Positions 17,572-26,633 of a stretch of DNA of 64,000 bases are shown here, one piece after another. The position numbers and the translations under genes are program-made. Under the pieces are notes generated by a model. That model had not been told where the DNA came from and did no database searches. It worked only from the letters and a program-made list of their open reading frames with translations. The first letter of the stretch is position 1. Each line of letters begins with the position of its first letter. The stretch is from Prochlorococcus sp. AG-402-L23 (GTDB lineage Bacteria > Cyanobacteriota > Cyanobacteriia > PCC-6307 > Cyanobiaceae): NCBI GenBank assembly GCA_003216635.1, contig QCIO01000006.1:17767-81766 (forward strand), written 5' to 3'.

Positions 17572-18279
17572 ATGAGAACCATACTAATAAGTGGAGCCAG
17601 TAGAGGTATTGGACTAAAGATTGCACATAAAGAATTAAAAGAAGGCAATAGAATTAGCATTGGTATACGTGATTTAGAATCTATAAAAGGAAGCGATATT
17701 GATCCAAATAAATGGCCAGAAGGGAAAATTATAATCAACCACTATGATGCATTAAAAAAAATTACTACCGAAAATTGGATAAAGAATACCGTAGATGAAT
17801 TTGGAGGATTTGATTCAGTAATAAATTGTTCTGGAGTATTATCGAAAGTTCCTTTCTTATACAAAGATGGTGATGAAGAAGATATTTTAAATACATTAAA
17901 TATCAATTTTTTGGCAATTTGGAATTTATGTAGGCTTTCTTGGGATCATTTATGTGCCTCAGGCAGAGGAAGAATAATTGTTTTAGTTTCAATGAGTGGG
18001 AAAAGATCTAAAGGCGATTTAGCCGCTTATTCTTCTTCAAAGTTTGCTTTGATGGGATTATGCCAAACGATGAAAAATAAAGGATGGGATAAAAATATAA
18101 GGATTTCAGCAATTTGCCCAAGCTGGGTTAATACAAAAATGGCCCAAAAGATCTCTTCCTTAGATAAATCAAGCATGACACAACCTGAAGATATTGCTGA
18201 AATATGCTCAACTATTCTGAAGTTGCCTACACAATCAGTTCCATTTGAAATTGCCTTAAATTGTAATTATGAAATTTAA
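17572..18279 (+). CDS. Short-chain dehydrogenase/reductase
   Basis: ILISGASRGIG, VINCSG, YSSSKFA (YxxxK) and ICPSWVNTKM. Confidence 0.88.
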   Translation: MRTILISGASRGIGLKIAHKELKEGNRISIGIRDLESIKGSDIDPNKWPEGKIIINHYDALKKITTENWIKNTVDEFGGFDSVINCSGVLSKVPFLYKDGDEEDILNTLNINFLAIWNLCRLSWDHLCASGRGRIIVLVSMSGKRSKGDLAAYSSSKFALMGLCQTMKNKGWDKNIRISAICPSWVNTKMAQKISSLDKSSMTQPEDIAEICSTILKLPTQSVPFEIALNCNYEI

Positions 18280-18818
18280 CCTAAAGTGAAAATTAAGTAA
18301 GCCATTGTAAGCATTGCAATTGCAATAAATAAACCTTTTATTCGATTAGTTAACAATGAAAAAAGAGATAAATCTTCAGAAAAGTATCCGCCAAAACTAC
18401 CTGTAATAAATAATATAACCATTGGTAGAGATGCCATTCCGAAAGAATAAGATACAGATTTTAAAAATCCAAAATTTAAATAATTAAAAATAATGGAACT
18501 TAATGAAAACAATAAAAAAGATGCAAATAGAGTTATGGAAACTTCAGCATCTAAAGTGTGAGGTAAGCTACCCTTTAATTCAAATTGCTTTTTACATTCT
18601 CTAATTTGTCTTTTAGAAAGCTTTAAATATCCAGTTTCAGGAATTCTTTGCGACTTATATTTTCTTAGTAATCTTGCTTCAAGAGTTTCTGGCTCCTTTG
18701 TCATAATTGAAGTTAATAATTCATCTGGCTTTAATTTCTTAATTTTCTTTTCAAGATTATCCGTTTTCCCAATCCTATAAAGGTCACCTACTCGAATAAG
18801 GTAAACATATCCCGACAT
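18276..18818 (-). CDS. GIY-YIG-superfamily (T5orf172/MUG113-like) domain plus C-terminal membrane segments
   Basis: GYVYLIRVGDLYRIGKT...LEARL...R at the N-terminus, followed by about three hydrophobic stretches. Confidence 0.65.
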   Translation of the reverse strand: MSGYVYLIRVGDLYRIGKTDNLEKKIKKLKPDELLTSIMTKEPETLEARLLRKYKSQRIPETGYLKLSKRQIRECKKQFELKGSLPHTLDAEVSITLFASFLLFSLSSIIFNYLNFGFLKSVSYSFGMASLPMVILFITGSFGGYFSEDLSLFSLLTNRIKGLFIAIAMLTMAYLIFTLG

Positions 18819-18892
18819 TTGCGTTGTAAAATTAATACTGTTTCTATTTAAATAATACTAAAAGAATTAGGGAAATTAAAAGTTTTTACAAT

Positions 18893-19552
18893 ATGAAAAA
18901 AGATATTTTATATTCATTTCGAAGATGTCCATATGCAATTCGTGCTAGATGGGCCTTGTTAATTTGTGAAATAAAAGTAGAGATAAGAGAAATTGATTTA
19001 AAAAATAAACCTCGAGATTTTTTAAATAATTCAAAGACGAAAACGGTTCCAATACTTATAAAAAAAAATAGTGAAGTTATTGAAGAAAGTCTTGAAATCA
19101 TCCTATGGGCTCTCTCAGAGTCAAAAAATGAAAACATCAAATTAATTTATTTTCCTGAGAACAAAAAGGAAGATATTTTTGAAATAATTAATGAAAACGA
19201 TAACGAATTCAAATATCATTTAGATCGATTTAAATATGCCTCAAGATATAATAATAGTGATGAAGAATTTCATTTCACAAATGCGATTAAATTTATAAAG
19301 AGATGGAACGAACTTCTTGCGGTAAACAAATACTTTTTTGGAGATAGCCCCACAATCGCTGATTGGTCTATTTGGCCTTTTGTAAGACAATTTAGAATCG
19401 CTTGTGAAAGTCAAAAAAGAACAAATTATTTTGAATCCTCAATAAAAAACTGGTTAGATTCATTTGAGAAAAATAGAGAATTTAAATCCTTAATGTATAA
19501 ATACGAATTATGGGAACCATATTCTAGAAAGAACTATTTCCCATCTAATTAA
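18893..19552 (+). CDS. Glutathione S-transferase family protein
   Basis: LYSFRRCPYAIRARWAL, TVPIL, ESLEII, FKYHLDRFKY and ADWSIWPFVRQF. Confidence 0.9.
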   Translation: MKKDILYSFRRCPYAIRARWALLICEIKVEIREIDLKNKPRDFLNNSKTKTVPILIKKNSEVIEESLEIILWALSESKNENIKLIYFPENKKEDIFEIINENDNEFKYHLDRFKYASRYNNSDEEFHFTNAIKFIKRWNELLAVNKYFFGDSPTIADWSIWPFVRQFRIACESQKRTNYFESSIKNWLDSFEKNREFKSLMYKYELWEPYSRKNYFPSN

Positions 19553-19806
19553 CTTTCCATCAACTTCCTTTTCTCAATTATTCTTGCTAACTCCAAAAAA
19601 TATCCTGCAGTCCTAAATTTGCCTATATTTTTTTCCTTAAAATCGAGATCGCTTCTAATTTCTGCAGTCTCCGCCATAAGCAAATCTAAATCATTTGATC
19701 CTAGACTATACAATTCACCAAGTTCGATTTCCCTTCCGAGTAAATGACTCCTAAACCACTTTCCTTTATTTTCTTGAGGTGGAATATCGTGGGGAGTAAA
19801 TGACAT
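19549..19806 (-). CDS. Conserved hypothetical protein
   Basis: 85-aa ORF that fills the gap exactly, with a 4-nt stop overlap with the GST gene. No motif recognised. Confidence 0.65.
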   Translation of the reverse strand: MSFTPHDIPPQENKGKWFRSHLLGREIELGELYSLGSNDLDLLMAETAEIRSDLDFKEKNIGKFRTAGYFLELARIIEKRKLMES

Positions 19807-19842
19807 TAAAATAAAATTTAGGCTTTTACCATTCTAGGGTTA

Positions 19843-21231
19843 TTATTGAAACTTTTTCATCTCTACTTTATTAAAAATAAATGCAATAAAAAGAATTGAG
19901 AATGTAATAAGGGCACAAATTTCTGTCCAATAATCTAACCCAATTTTAGAAATCATTAATGGTGCAAGAACTGTGAATAGTCCCCCAGAAAGAATTAACT
20001 GAGCGAATAGCTGTTTTGATGTAAAAATTGGTAAAGTCTTAGAAATATTTTTAGGATCTGCAAGCCTTAAAAGAAGTAACCCAGAAGCTACTACACCTGT
20101 AGAATTTCCAAACTCTATCAAACTTTTTTCAAACCAATAATCATCAAAAATAAAGTATGCGAAATAAGCAATGCAGATTAAATTCCAAAATAAACCGAAA
20201 ATAGTAAACACTAAAATAAGTATCCAATTTTCAAAAACAACTGCAATATCTAAACTCGCCATAGCTGTAAAAATCAATAAGTCTGTGGATAAAATACCAA
20301 TCTCCCTTTGCAGAATATTTGAAATAAATTCTGTATTTTTGGTTTTCTCTAAAATATATCTAATAAGGAGAGAACCTATAAGGATAAAAGGAAATACTGG
20401 TAGTGAAAAAATAATTTCCTTCGAAAAATCACCAAAAGAACTTGAAATATACCTTAAAAATTTAAGTAGCAAAACACCAAAAGAAATTGCCAAACCAGAG
20501 AATCCAAGATTTATTATAAAAATTCTTAAATCTGCAAAAATTCCTGTATTATTTTTTCCCTTCAAAGTATCTTTTTGTTCAAGAATTTCCTCAGTATCTG
20601 AAAGACCTAAAGTTCTACCAAGAAAAATAAATATGCTACCCAATATTGAAGAGGATAAAAGACCCATTGTTGCCATAGCCAAACCAAGATCTAAACCATT
20701 TGGGAAACCTAGTTTATTAAAACTTTCACCGATTATTGATGCAGCTCCATGACCACCCTCAAAACCTACTTCTATTAAACAACCCATAAGAGGATTTGCA
20801 TCCATAGATGGAGGTAGAAAATATTTAACAACAAGTCCGCCGACAAAAAATTGTCCGAAACCTAGTGAAAGAGCTAATAGAAATTGATTAAAAATTGGTT
20901 TAACTAAACCATTTATATTTGGGATAGGTCTTCCCATCATTAAAGTTGCGAAGACTAATGATAAAAGAGGAGTAGGAAAATTACTCCAAACATTGATTGT
21001 TTCTTTTGGTAAAAAGTGTATCGCTCCAAATGGGCCTATTGATATACCTAAAATTCCAGATATAACTGCTATTGGCAATCCAAATCTCTCGAGTTGAACA
21101 GCTAGTTTAATTTTTCTCCCAAAAATCAATAAAAAAAATATAATTAATAATCCCAAAAAACTTATCAATAGAGAATTTGAAAAAATATCTTTATTCTGTA
21201 TCAAAAAAATATTCAATGATTTCAAAAACAT
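19843..21231 (-). CDS. gltS: Sodium/glutamate symporter (ESS/GltS family)
   Basis: Multi-pass membrane protein with GFEGGHGAAS, GLAMATMGL and FGNSTGVVASGLLLLRLADP. Confidence 0.85.
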   Translation of the reverse strand: MFLKSLNIFLIQNKDIFSNSLLISFLGLLIIFFLLIFGRKIKLAVQLERFGLPIAVISGILGISIGPFGAIHFLPKETINVWSNFPTPLLSLVFATLMMGRPIPNINGLVKPIFNQFLLALSLGFGQFFVGGLVVKYFLPPSMDANPLMGCLIEVGFEGGHGAASIIGESFNKLGFPNGLDLGLAMATMGLLSSSILGSIFIFLGRTLGLSDTEEILEQKDTLKGKNNTGIFADLRIFIINLGFSGLAISFGVLLLKFLRYISSSFGDFSKEIIFSLPVFPFILIGSLLIRYILEKTKNTEFISNILQREIGILSTDLLIFTAMASLDIAVVFENWILILVFTIFGLFWNLICIAYFAYFIFDDYWFEKSLIEFGNSTGVVASGLLLLRLADPKNISKTLPIFTSKQLFAQLILSGGLFTVLAPLMISKIGLDYWTEICALITFSILFIAFIFNKVEMKKFQ

Positions 21232-21271
21232 ATAATTCTAAATCTAAATTAATAAACAAAATTTTTCAAAT

Positions 21272-21300
21272 AAAAAAGGCTCCGGTAAGAGGAGCCTTTT
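21272..21300 (-). terminator. Rho-independent terminator of pcb
   Basis: Stem AAAAGGCTCC / GGAGCCTTTT with a 7-nt loop and a U-tract on the minus strand, about 25 nt after the pcb stop. Confidence 0.85.
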
Positions 21301-21324
21301 GATATAGGTAAGAAAATTTGAAAA

Positions 21325-22383
21325 TTAATCTTTAAGAGTAACTGTTGCACTATCAATATTACTGATAGCATTTGTAACTCTCTTGAAATCAAAGCCTAGT
21401 GCTCTTAAAGCGTGCCATAGATGACCTTGAATAAAGAAGAATCCAAAATAGTAATGAACATTAGCTAACCATGCCCTTGAAGTGTACTCACCATCAGGAA
21501 GATCAACAGTATCTACCCAATAAGGAGAAATACTAAACTTCAATTCAAGTGGTTCACCAAAGAATTCAGTTGGATAAACTGTTGTGTTAGCTGCACTCCA
21601 GAAGGCTGCAATAATAGCCATCCAGCCTATTCCAGCTAGTGACCATGACAGAACAGCTTCTGCAGATAGAAGTCCTTTACCTTTGAATTTGGTATATTCA
21701 CCAACCTGCTTAGTAGCAATATGCCAAGCACCACCAGTGATCTCAACGAAAGCAAGAAAAGCATGGCCTCCCATTACTTCTTCAAGGCTATCAATAGTCA
21801 AAAAGTCTGTTTGGTGATTCCAAATTTTGGCCAAATTTAATTCATACTCAACCTGTCTTACAGAACCAATAGCTGGATCATAAATTCCATGTACCCTTGC
21901 CCATTCAACAAAAGCGATAACTGCGAAACCAAGAATAATTAGATGGTGACCAAGAATAAATGTCAATTTGTCTGGATTATCCCATTCAATATTGAATTTT
22001 CTAGCTCTTGCTACATCAGAATCTTCTAGATTTCCAGGAAGAAGTAAAGAGTGTAAAAGTCCGCCTGCTGCTAAAACCATAGAAGAAACTAAGTGAACTA
22101 TTGCTATCGCTAGAACAGGTTTAGTATCTCCCATTGCAACGCCATTAGCATCGAACCCTATTCCAAGAGTTGCTAAATGAGGAAGAACGATTAGTGGTTG
22201 ATGACCCATTGGGACACTGGGGTCAAATCGTGAAAGTTCAAAAAGGGTGAACGCACCCGCCCAGAAAACAATTAATCCTGCATGAGCTACATGAGCAGCA
22301 ATGAATTTTCCTGAGCGATTTGCTACACCTGAATTACCAGCCCACCATCCATAGGTAGTATCTGGATTTCCATAGGTTTGCAT
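21325..22383 (-). CDS. pcbA: Divinyl chlorophyll a/b light-harvesting protein Pcb (CP43/IsiA family)
   Basis: [44 protein letters not shown], and [10 protein letters not shown]...GHLWHALRA. Confidence 0.96.
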   Translation of the reverse strand: MQTYGNPDTTYGWWAGNSGVANRSGKFIAAHVAHAGLIVFWAGAFTLFELSRFDPSVPMGHQPLIVLPHLATLGIGFDANGVAMGDTKPVLAIAIVHLVSSMVLAAGGLLHSLLLPGNLEDSDVARARKFNIEWDNPDKLTFILGHHLIILGFAVIAFVEWARVHGIYDPAIGSVRQVEYELNLAKIWNHQTDFLTIDSLEEVMGGHAFLAFVEITGGAWHIATKQVGEYTKFKGKGLLSAEAVLSWSLAGIGWMAIIAAFWSAANTTVYPTEFFGEPLELKFSISPYWVDTVDLPDGEYTSRAWLANVHYYFGFFFIQGHLWHALRALGFDFKRVTNAISNIDSATVTLKD

Positions 22384-22453
22384 TTAGGAATTGATTAGCT
22401 TAAACGTTTTGAGAATACTTTATATTTCACCAAACAGTTGAATTCATAACAAA

Positions 22454-22471
22454 ATTGTAAAGGTTAGTAAT
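22454..22471 (-). promoter_or_regulatory. HLR1-like (RpaB) direct repeat upstream of pcbA
   Basis: Minus strand ATTACTAA-CC-TTTACAAT fits the 8-2-8 consensus (G/T)TTACA(T/A)(T/A) with two mismatches, 71-88 nt upstream of the ATG. Confidence 0.5.
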
Positions 22472-22663
22472 CCTAACTATTACTTAACAAGAAATCTTCA
22501 TAAGTCAATCCAATAGCAAAAAAGGTAGATTTAATGAAGAAAAATTATTCTTAGAGATATAAGTTCTATCAAATAAACCAGTATTTTTAGATTCAAACAA
22601 GTTAGATAAATTTCATTTTGCTGACATTAAACGATGTTTTGTTTCATTACATCATGATGGTTA

Positions 22664-22891
22664 TTGCCTCATTTTCAAACAATTATTAAATATGGAAGTA
22701 AGACATCTAATATTATGACTACTTCTCAAGATTCTTCTAGAAAATTTTCACTAGAAATGAAATCGGAAGTTCATTACAAAAAGGCTGCAAAATCTTACAG
22801 AAAATCAAAACAATATATAAATATGATTAACTTATATCCAACTTTGCAAAACACTCTGATTGAGTGTAAGGGTGAGAATCTAATCGAATAA
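22664..22891 (+). CDS. Small hypothetical protein (start possibly the ATG at 22715)
   Basis: Basic 58-75 aa ORF in an otherwise empty gap. Confidence 0.5.
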   Translation: MPHFQTIIKYGSKTSNIMTTSQDSSRKFSLEMKSEVHYKKAAKSYRKSKQYINMINLYPTLQNTLIECKGENLIE

Positions 22892-22936
22892 AGATTTTAT
22901 ATTTTTTTCCAAATTAATCTTCAACAATTATTATCT

Positions 22937-23173
22937 TCAGGCTGCAACATCATCATAGCCTTCTTCAAAATAAAATTTATTGATTATTTTTCTACACATC
23001 TTTATATTATAAAGCGCTTTGGGATTCCAAGGTTTTTTCTGACCTAGTGGAGAGCTTTTCCAATGAATTCCAGGCTTGAGTATTCCATTTTCACGTAAAA
23101 AAGAGAGTTTAATTTCAGTTATTCCTAATTTTTCAGCGGTAAACTCAGATGAGCTCCATTTAACCCCTAACAT
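22937..23173 (-). CDS. Small HTH (MerR/excisionase-like) DNA-binding protein
   Basis: W.SSEFTAEKLGIT...LSFLRENG.LKPGIHW resembles HTH_17/excisionase-type folds. Confidence 0.55.
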   Translation of the reverse strand: MLGVKWSSSEFTAEKLGITEIKLSFLRENGILKPGIHWKSSPLGQKKPWNPKALYNIKMCRKIINKFYFEEGYDDVAA

Positions 23174-23309
23174 TGAATTAAGTAAATATTATTAATCCTT
23201 CATAACGTTAATTTTATTTTTTTGAAAGGGGTAAAACTTTTAAATAATTATTAAAGTAACAAAATCCCATTATTTATAAAGAAAAGAGAGTTGAAAGATA
23301 CATATCTAA

Positions 23310-23609
23310 TTAAGAAATGTTAAATAAAGAATCTTCATTAATGAATATCTCATCAATACCTTTTTCTTTCTTGCTTGATTTATAATCAAAATATTCTACA
23401 GTAATCGATTGAAGCTTTGGAAGATTGATCCATCCCTCGTACCAATTTCCACTATTTTTTAATTCATCGTAATTAACTCTTAAGTTAATATCAGAATCAA
23501 GTACAGAAACCATCAAAAAAATAATATTTCCTTTTTCTTTAGTCACATTTACCAAAACAAAATGTCTTAATCCATTTATAGGTTTAATTGAAGTCCAGTA
23601 ATTTTCCAT
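23310..23609 (-). CDS. TIGR02450-like Trp-rich small protein
   Basis: YWTS.KPINGLRHF.LVN...LMVSVLD......DELK....W..GW..L pattern. Confidence 0.75.
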   Translation of the reverse strand: MENYWTSIKPINGLRHFVLVNVTKEKGNIIFLMVSVLDSDINLRVNYDELKNSGNWYEGWINLPKLQSITVEYFDYKSSKKEKGIDEIFINEDSLFNIS

Positions 23610-23611
23610 AA

Positions 23612-23905
23612 TTATTTTTTCTTAATGTTCCTCTCAAAATTTTGCCTAGATATTTTCTTATATTCTTTTCTAATTTCGTCTAATAAAAGTTTTCTTCTAT
23701 CCATATAGTTAACAGAATCTTGTTTTGATAAGTTATACCTTTCTGTTTTAGTTAAATTCAGCCAATTATTAAGATTCTTCTTATTGAAAGCTGTTATTTT
23801 TTTAGACTTAAAAAGTTTTTGTTTTCTGGTTAATTTGAGAAAATTTCTTAAATTAAAAATTATCAATATGCAAACAAAAATTATCACTATCTTCAAAAAC
23901 ATCAC
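23612..23905 (-). CDS. Hypothetical protein with N-terminal membrane anchor
   Basis: Hydrophobic N-terminus followed by a basic domain. Start overlaps the hisS stop, suggesting translational coupling. Confidence 0.6.
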   Translation of the reverse strand: MMFLKIVIIFVCILIIFNLRNFLKLTRKQKLFKSKKITAFNKKNLNNWLNLTKTERYNLSKQDSVNYMDRRKLLLDEIRKEYKKISRQNFERNIKKK

Positions 23906-25185
23906 TTTAAAAGTAAGTTATTTTTTATCCACTTTTCCAATTTAATATCATTCTCAAAAGATATAAGCTCTTCTTCATTCCCATTACCTGATTGATCAAA
24001 GAGCCTTATAATAAACTCTCCTCTAACTGCCTCATCATCACCAACAACAATAATACTTTTAGATTTTAGTTTATTTGCCTTTTTAAATTGTTTAGAGAAT
24101 GAGGCTCCGCTTAAATCTAACTCAACTAACAAATCATAATTTCTTAATTTTCTAGATAAATCCATTGCTAATGATTCAGCAATTAAGCCTTGATTAATGA
24201 TATAAATATCAGTATTTCTTGGAATTTCAAGCTCTTTTCCTGCGAGTAAAATTAATCTTTCTAAACCAATAGCGAAACCAATTGCGGGGGTATTTGGCCC
24301 TCCCATTTGTTTTATTAAATCGTCGTATCTTCCTCCTCCACAAACTGTGGCTTGGGAGCCTAGAGCCCCACTAGTAATTTCAAAAGCTGTATGGGTGTAG
24401 TAATCTAAACCTCTTACAAGATTTAAATTTTCAACATAAGGTATTTTTAAAACCTCTAAATTTTTTTTTAAGTTTAAATATCTTTCATGACTTTTTTCAG
24501 ATAAAAAATTAAATAATCTTGGGGCATTCTCAAGAGCTTTTTGTGTTTGAATATTCTTAGAGTCCAAAATCCTTAAGGGATTCTTAGTAATCCTGTTCTG
24601 AGAATCTAAATCTAGAGAATTTTTATTTAGTTCAAGCCATTTTAAAAAGGATTTTTGAAAATTTAATCTATCATTAAAATCGCCTAAAGTATTTATTTCA
24701 AGATTAAGTTCTTTTATTCCCAATTTACCTAAGATATCCCAAGCTAAAGCAATAATTTCAACATCACTTCTAACTGAATCGTATCCTATAAACTCAACAC
24801 CTAGCTGATGAAACTGTCTTTGCCTACCTGCTTGAGGTCTTTCATATCGAAACATAGGTCCCATGTACCAAAGTTTTTGAAGAGGATGATTAGACAACAT
24901 TCCATTTTGTATTAACGCTCGTGCAACGGAGGCGGTTCCTTCAGGCCTAAGAGTGCAGGATCTCTCCCCTCTATCAATAAATGTATACATTTCCTTACTG
25001 ACAACATCTGTTCCTTCACCAATTCCTCTTATAAATAATTCGGTCATTTCGAGTATTGGCGTTCTTATTTCATTGATAGATGCTCTTGCAAGCTGCTCTA
25101 ATACAATTTTCTCAACGTTTTGCCACTTTATTAATTGATCAGGCAGCAAATCTACTGTTCCTCTAAGATTTTTTAAGTTATTCAA
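23902..25185 (-). CDS. hisS: Histidine--tRNA ligase
   Basis: LRGTVDLLP, EIRTPILE, KEMYTF, LRPEGTAS, FRYERPQAGRQRQFHQ, LVRGLDYY and GGGRYD. Confidence 0.98.
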   Translation of the reverse strand: MNNLKNLRGTVDLLPDQLIKWQNVEKIVLEQLARASINEIRTPILEMTELFIRGIGEGTDVVSKEMYTFIDRGERSCTLRPEGTASVARALIQNGMLSNHPLQKLWYMGPMFRYERPQAGRQRQFHQLGVEFIGYDSVRSDVEIIALAWDILGKLGIKELNLEINTLGDFNDRLNFQKSFLKWLELNKNSLDLDSQNRITKNPLRILDSKNIQTQKALENAPRLFNFLSEKSHERYLNLKKNLEVLKIPYVENLNLVRGLDYYTHTAFEITSGALGSQATVCGGGRYDDLIKQMGGPNTPAIGFAIGLERLILLAGKELEIPRNTDIYIINQGLIAESLAMDLSRKLRNYDLLVELDLSGASFSKQFKKANKLKSKSIIVVGDDEAVRGEFIIRLFDQSGNGNEEELISFENDIKLEKWIKNNLLLK

Positions 25186-25283
25186 AGTTCTAGAAAATAA
25201 TTCAAAATTTTTAATTCAAGTAGGAATTAATCTTTAATTGTTAGTTGTGTGGGACAATTTTAATTTAACATTTAGAAAAACTA

Positions 25284-25706
25284 TTGGAAATTAATAAAAA
25301 TAAAGAGAATTTGCATTGCGGTACAAAACCAAAAAAAATTGCTTTTGGAATAGCACCCCTTGGTATAGTTTCAGTAGGAATAGTGCCAATGGGAGTAATA
25401 AGTATTGGAGTAGTTCCAATGGGTGTGTTCTCATTTGGTGCAGTAGCAATGGGCATAGTCAATTTATCAATAGTTGGGATGGGAATTATCTCTGCTGGGA
25501 TAACGACAATGGGAATATGGGAGCATTCACCTAATTCTCAAAACAATCATCATAATCATTCCAAACAAATTTCAAATTCAAGCAAAGAAAATATGATGTC
25601 AGATCTATTTAACACTAAACAAGAAGCTGAAAAGGCTGCCTCAAAATACGGATGTATTGGAGCACATAAGATGGGTAATAAATGGATGCCCTGTAAGATG
25701 CAATAG
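25284..25706 (+). CDS. Gly-pentapeptide-repeat protein fused to a DUF3721-like C-terminal domain
   Basis: Twelve G-[IVA]-x-x-hydrophobic pentads, an Asn/His linker, then F.TKQEAEKAA.KYGC.GAHKMG.KWMPC. Confidence 0.7.
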   Translation: MEINKNKENLHCGTKPKKIAFGIAPLGIVSVGIVPMGVISIGVVPMGVFSFGAVAMGIVNLSIVGMGIISAGITTMGIWEHSPNSQNNHHNHSKQISNSSKENMMSDLFNTKQEAEKAASKYGCIGAHKMGNKWMPCKMQ

Positions 25707-25736
25707 ATATTTTCTTAGTCAAAAATTTATTGAATA

Positions 25737-26516
25737 TTAATTCAAAATCTCTACTCTAAAATCAAGATTTTTTGCTTCATCAGTAGTTAATTTTCTTGAC
25801 CAAGCTCCTTGCACGGGACTATTCCATCGAAATCCAGCATTTTTAGCTAAAGATCTGTCTTCGTAACTAATAAGCGCCTTGTATAAAAACCTTGGCTCGG
25901 TAGCTTTAAGTAAAATTTCCTCTAAATTATCGCATTTTTTGAAGACCTCAGATATATAAAAGCAATCAGATAAAGCTCTATGTAAATTCCAAACTGGTAT
26001 TGAAAAAGATAAAGCTAGATCAGTTACTGAGGGTCTATTTTTTAGTGATTTTTGAAAAGACCAATTAATATCCTCTAAACTGCATATCCATTTTTTATTA
26101 AGTTTAGGTAATCTTCCTTTCCCAAACCATTTCTTATCAAACTCTACATTATGCGCGACAATGAAATCAGAGCAATCAACAAGTTTCAGAAAGAAATTCA
26201 ATCCATCTTCCCATGGTTGTGAGATATTAGTTACTTCAGCAGATATACCATTAACATATTCGGCTTCATTATTATTAACTGGGAATAAAAATGAAACTTG
26301 AGAAAGCACGCACTTAAAAGATATATCAAACAAAATACAACCTATCTCTATCACTTCATCTTTATTTTCATCTAAACCTGTTGTTTCAGTATCAAGAATT
26401 AAAATTTTTTCAATTTTTTTATTTTGATTAGCAATAATATCTGCAGAGTGATAACTGATAACTTGATCCTGAAGAATATCCAATTGATTTAATGCTTTTT
26501 TGTTAGGAAGTTCCAA
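25737..26516 (-). CDS. DEDDh 3'-5' exonuclease (DnaQ/Pol III epsilon-like)
   Basis: ExoI ILDTETTG, ExoII AHNVEFD and ExoIII HRALSD. Confidence 0.9.
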   Translation of the reverse strand: MELPNKKALNQLDILQDQVISYHSADIIANQNKKIEKILILDTETTGLDENKDEVIEIGCILFDISFKCVLSQVSFLFPVNNNEAEYVNGISAEVTNISQPWEDGLNFFLKLVDCSDFIVAHNVEFDKKWFGKGRLPKLNKKWICSLEDINWSFQKSLKNRPSVTDLALSFSIPVWNLHRALSDCFYISEVFKKCDNLEEILLKATEPRFLYKALISYEDRSLAKNAGFRWNSPVQGAWSRKLTTDEAKNLDFRVEILN

Positions 26517-26633
26517 TTAGCTGAAAACACTTTCATTTATCTTGACGCATTTAATAAAAAATTCACTTAAATTAACATAAATTAAGAAATATGATTAGAA
26601 AATAATTTTTGAAACATTTTTAGTTTACGAAAG

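Noticed and set aside
20171-20752. 193-aa plus-strand ORF
   Set aside because: It lies wholly antisense to gltS. The I/K/P/S-rich sequence is the typical shadow of a hydrophobic membrane-protein gene.
21584-21817. 77-aa antisense ORF inside pcbA, representative of the many 60-135 aa ORFs nested in acs, murF, ndhD, proA, tamB and others
   Set aside because: They fully overlap well-supported genes and have no recognisable domains.
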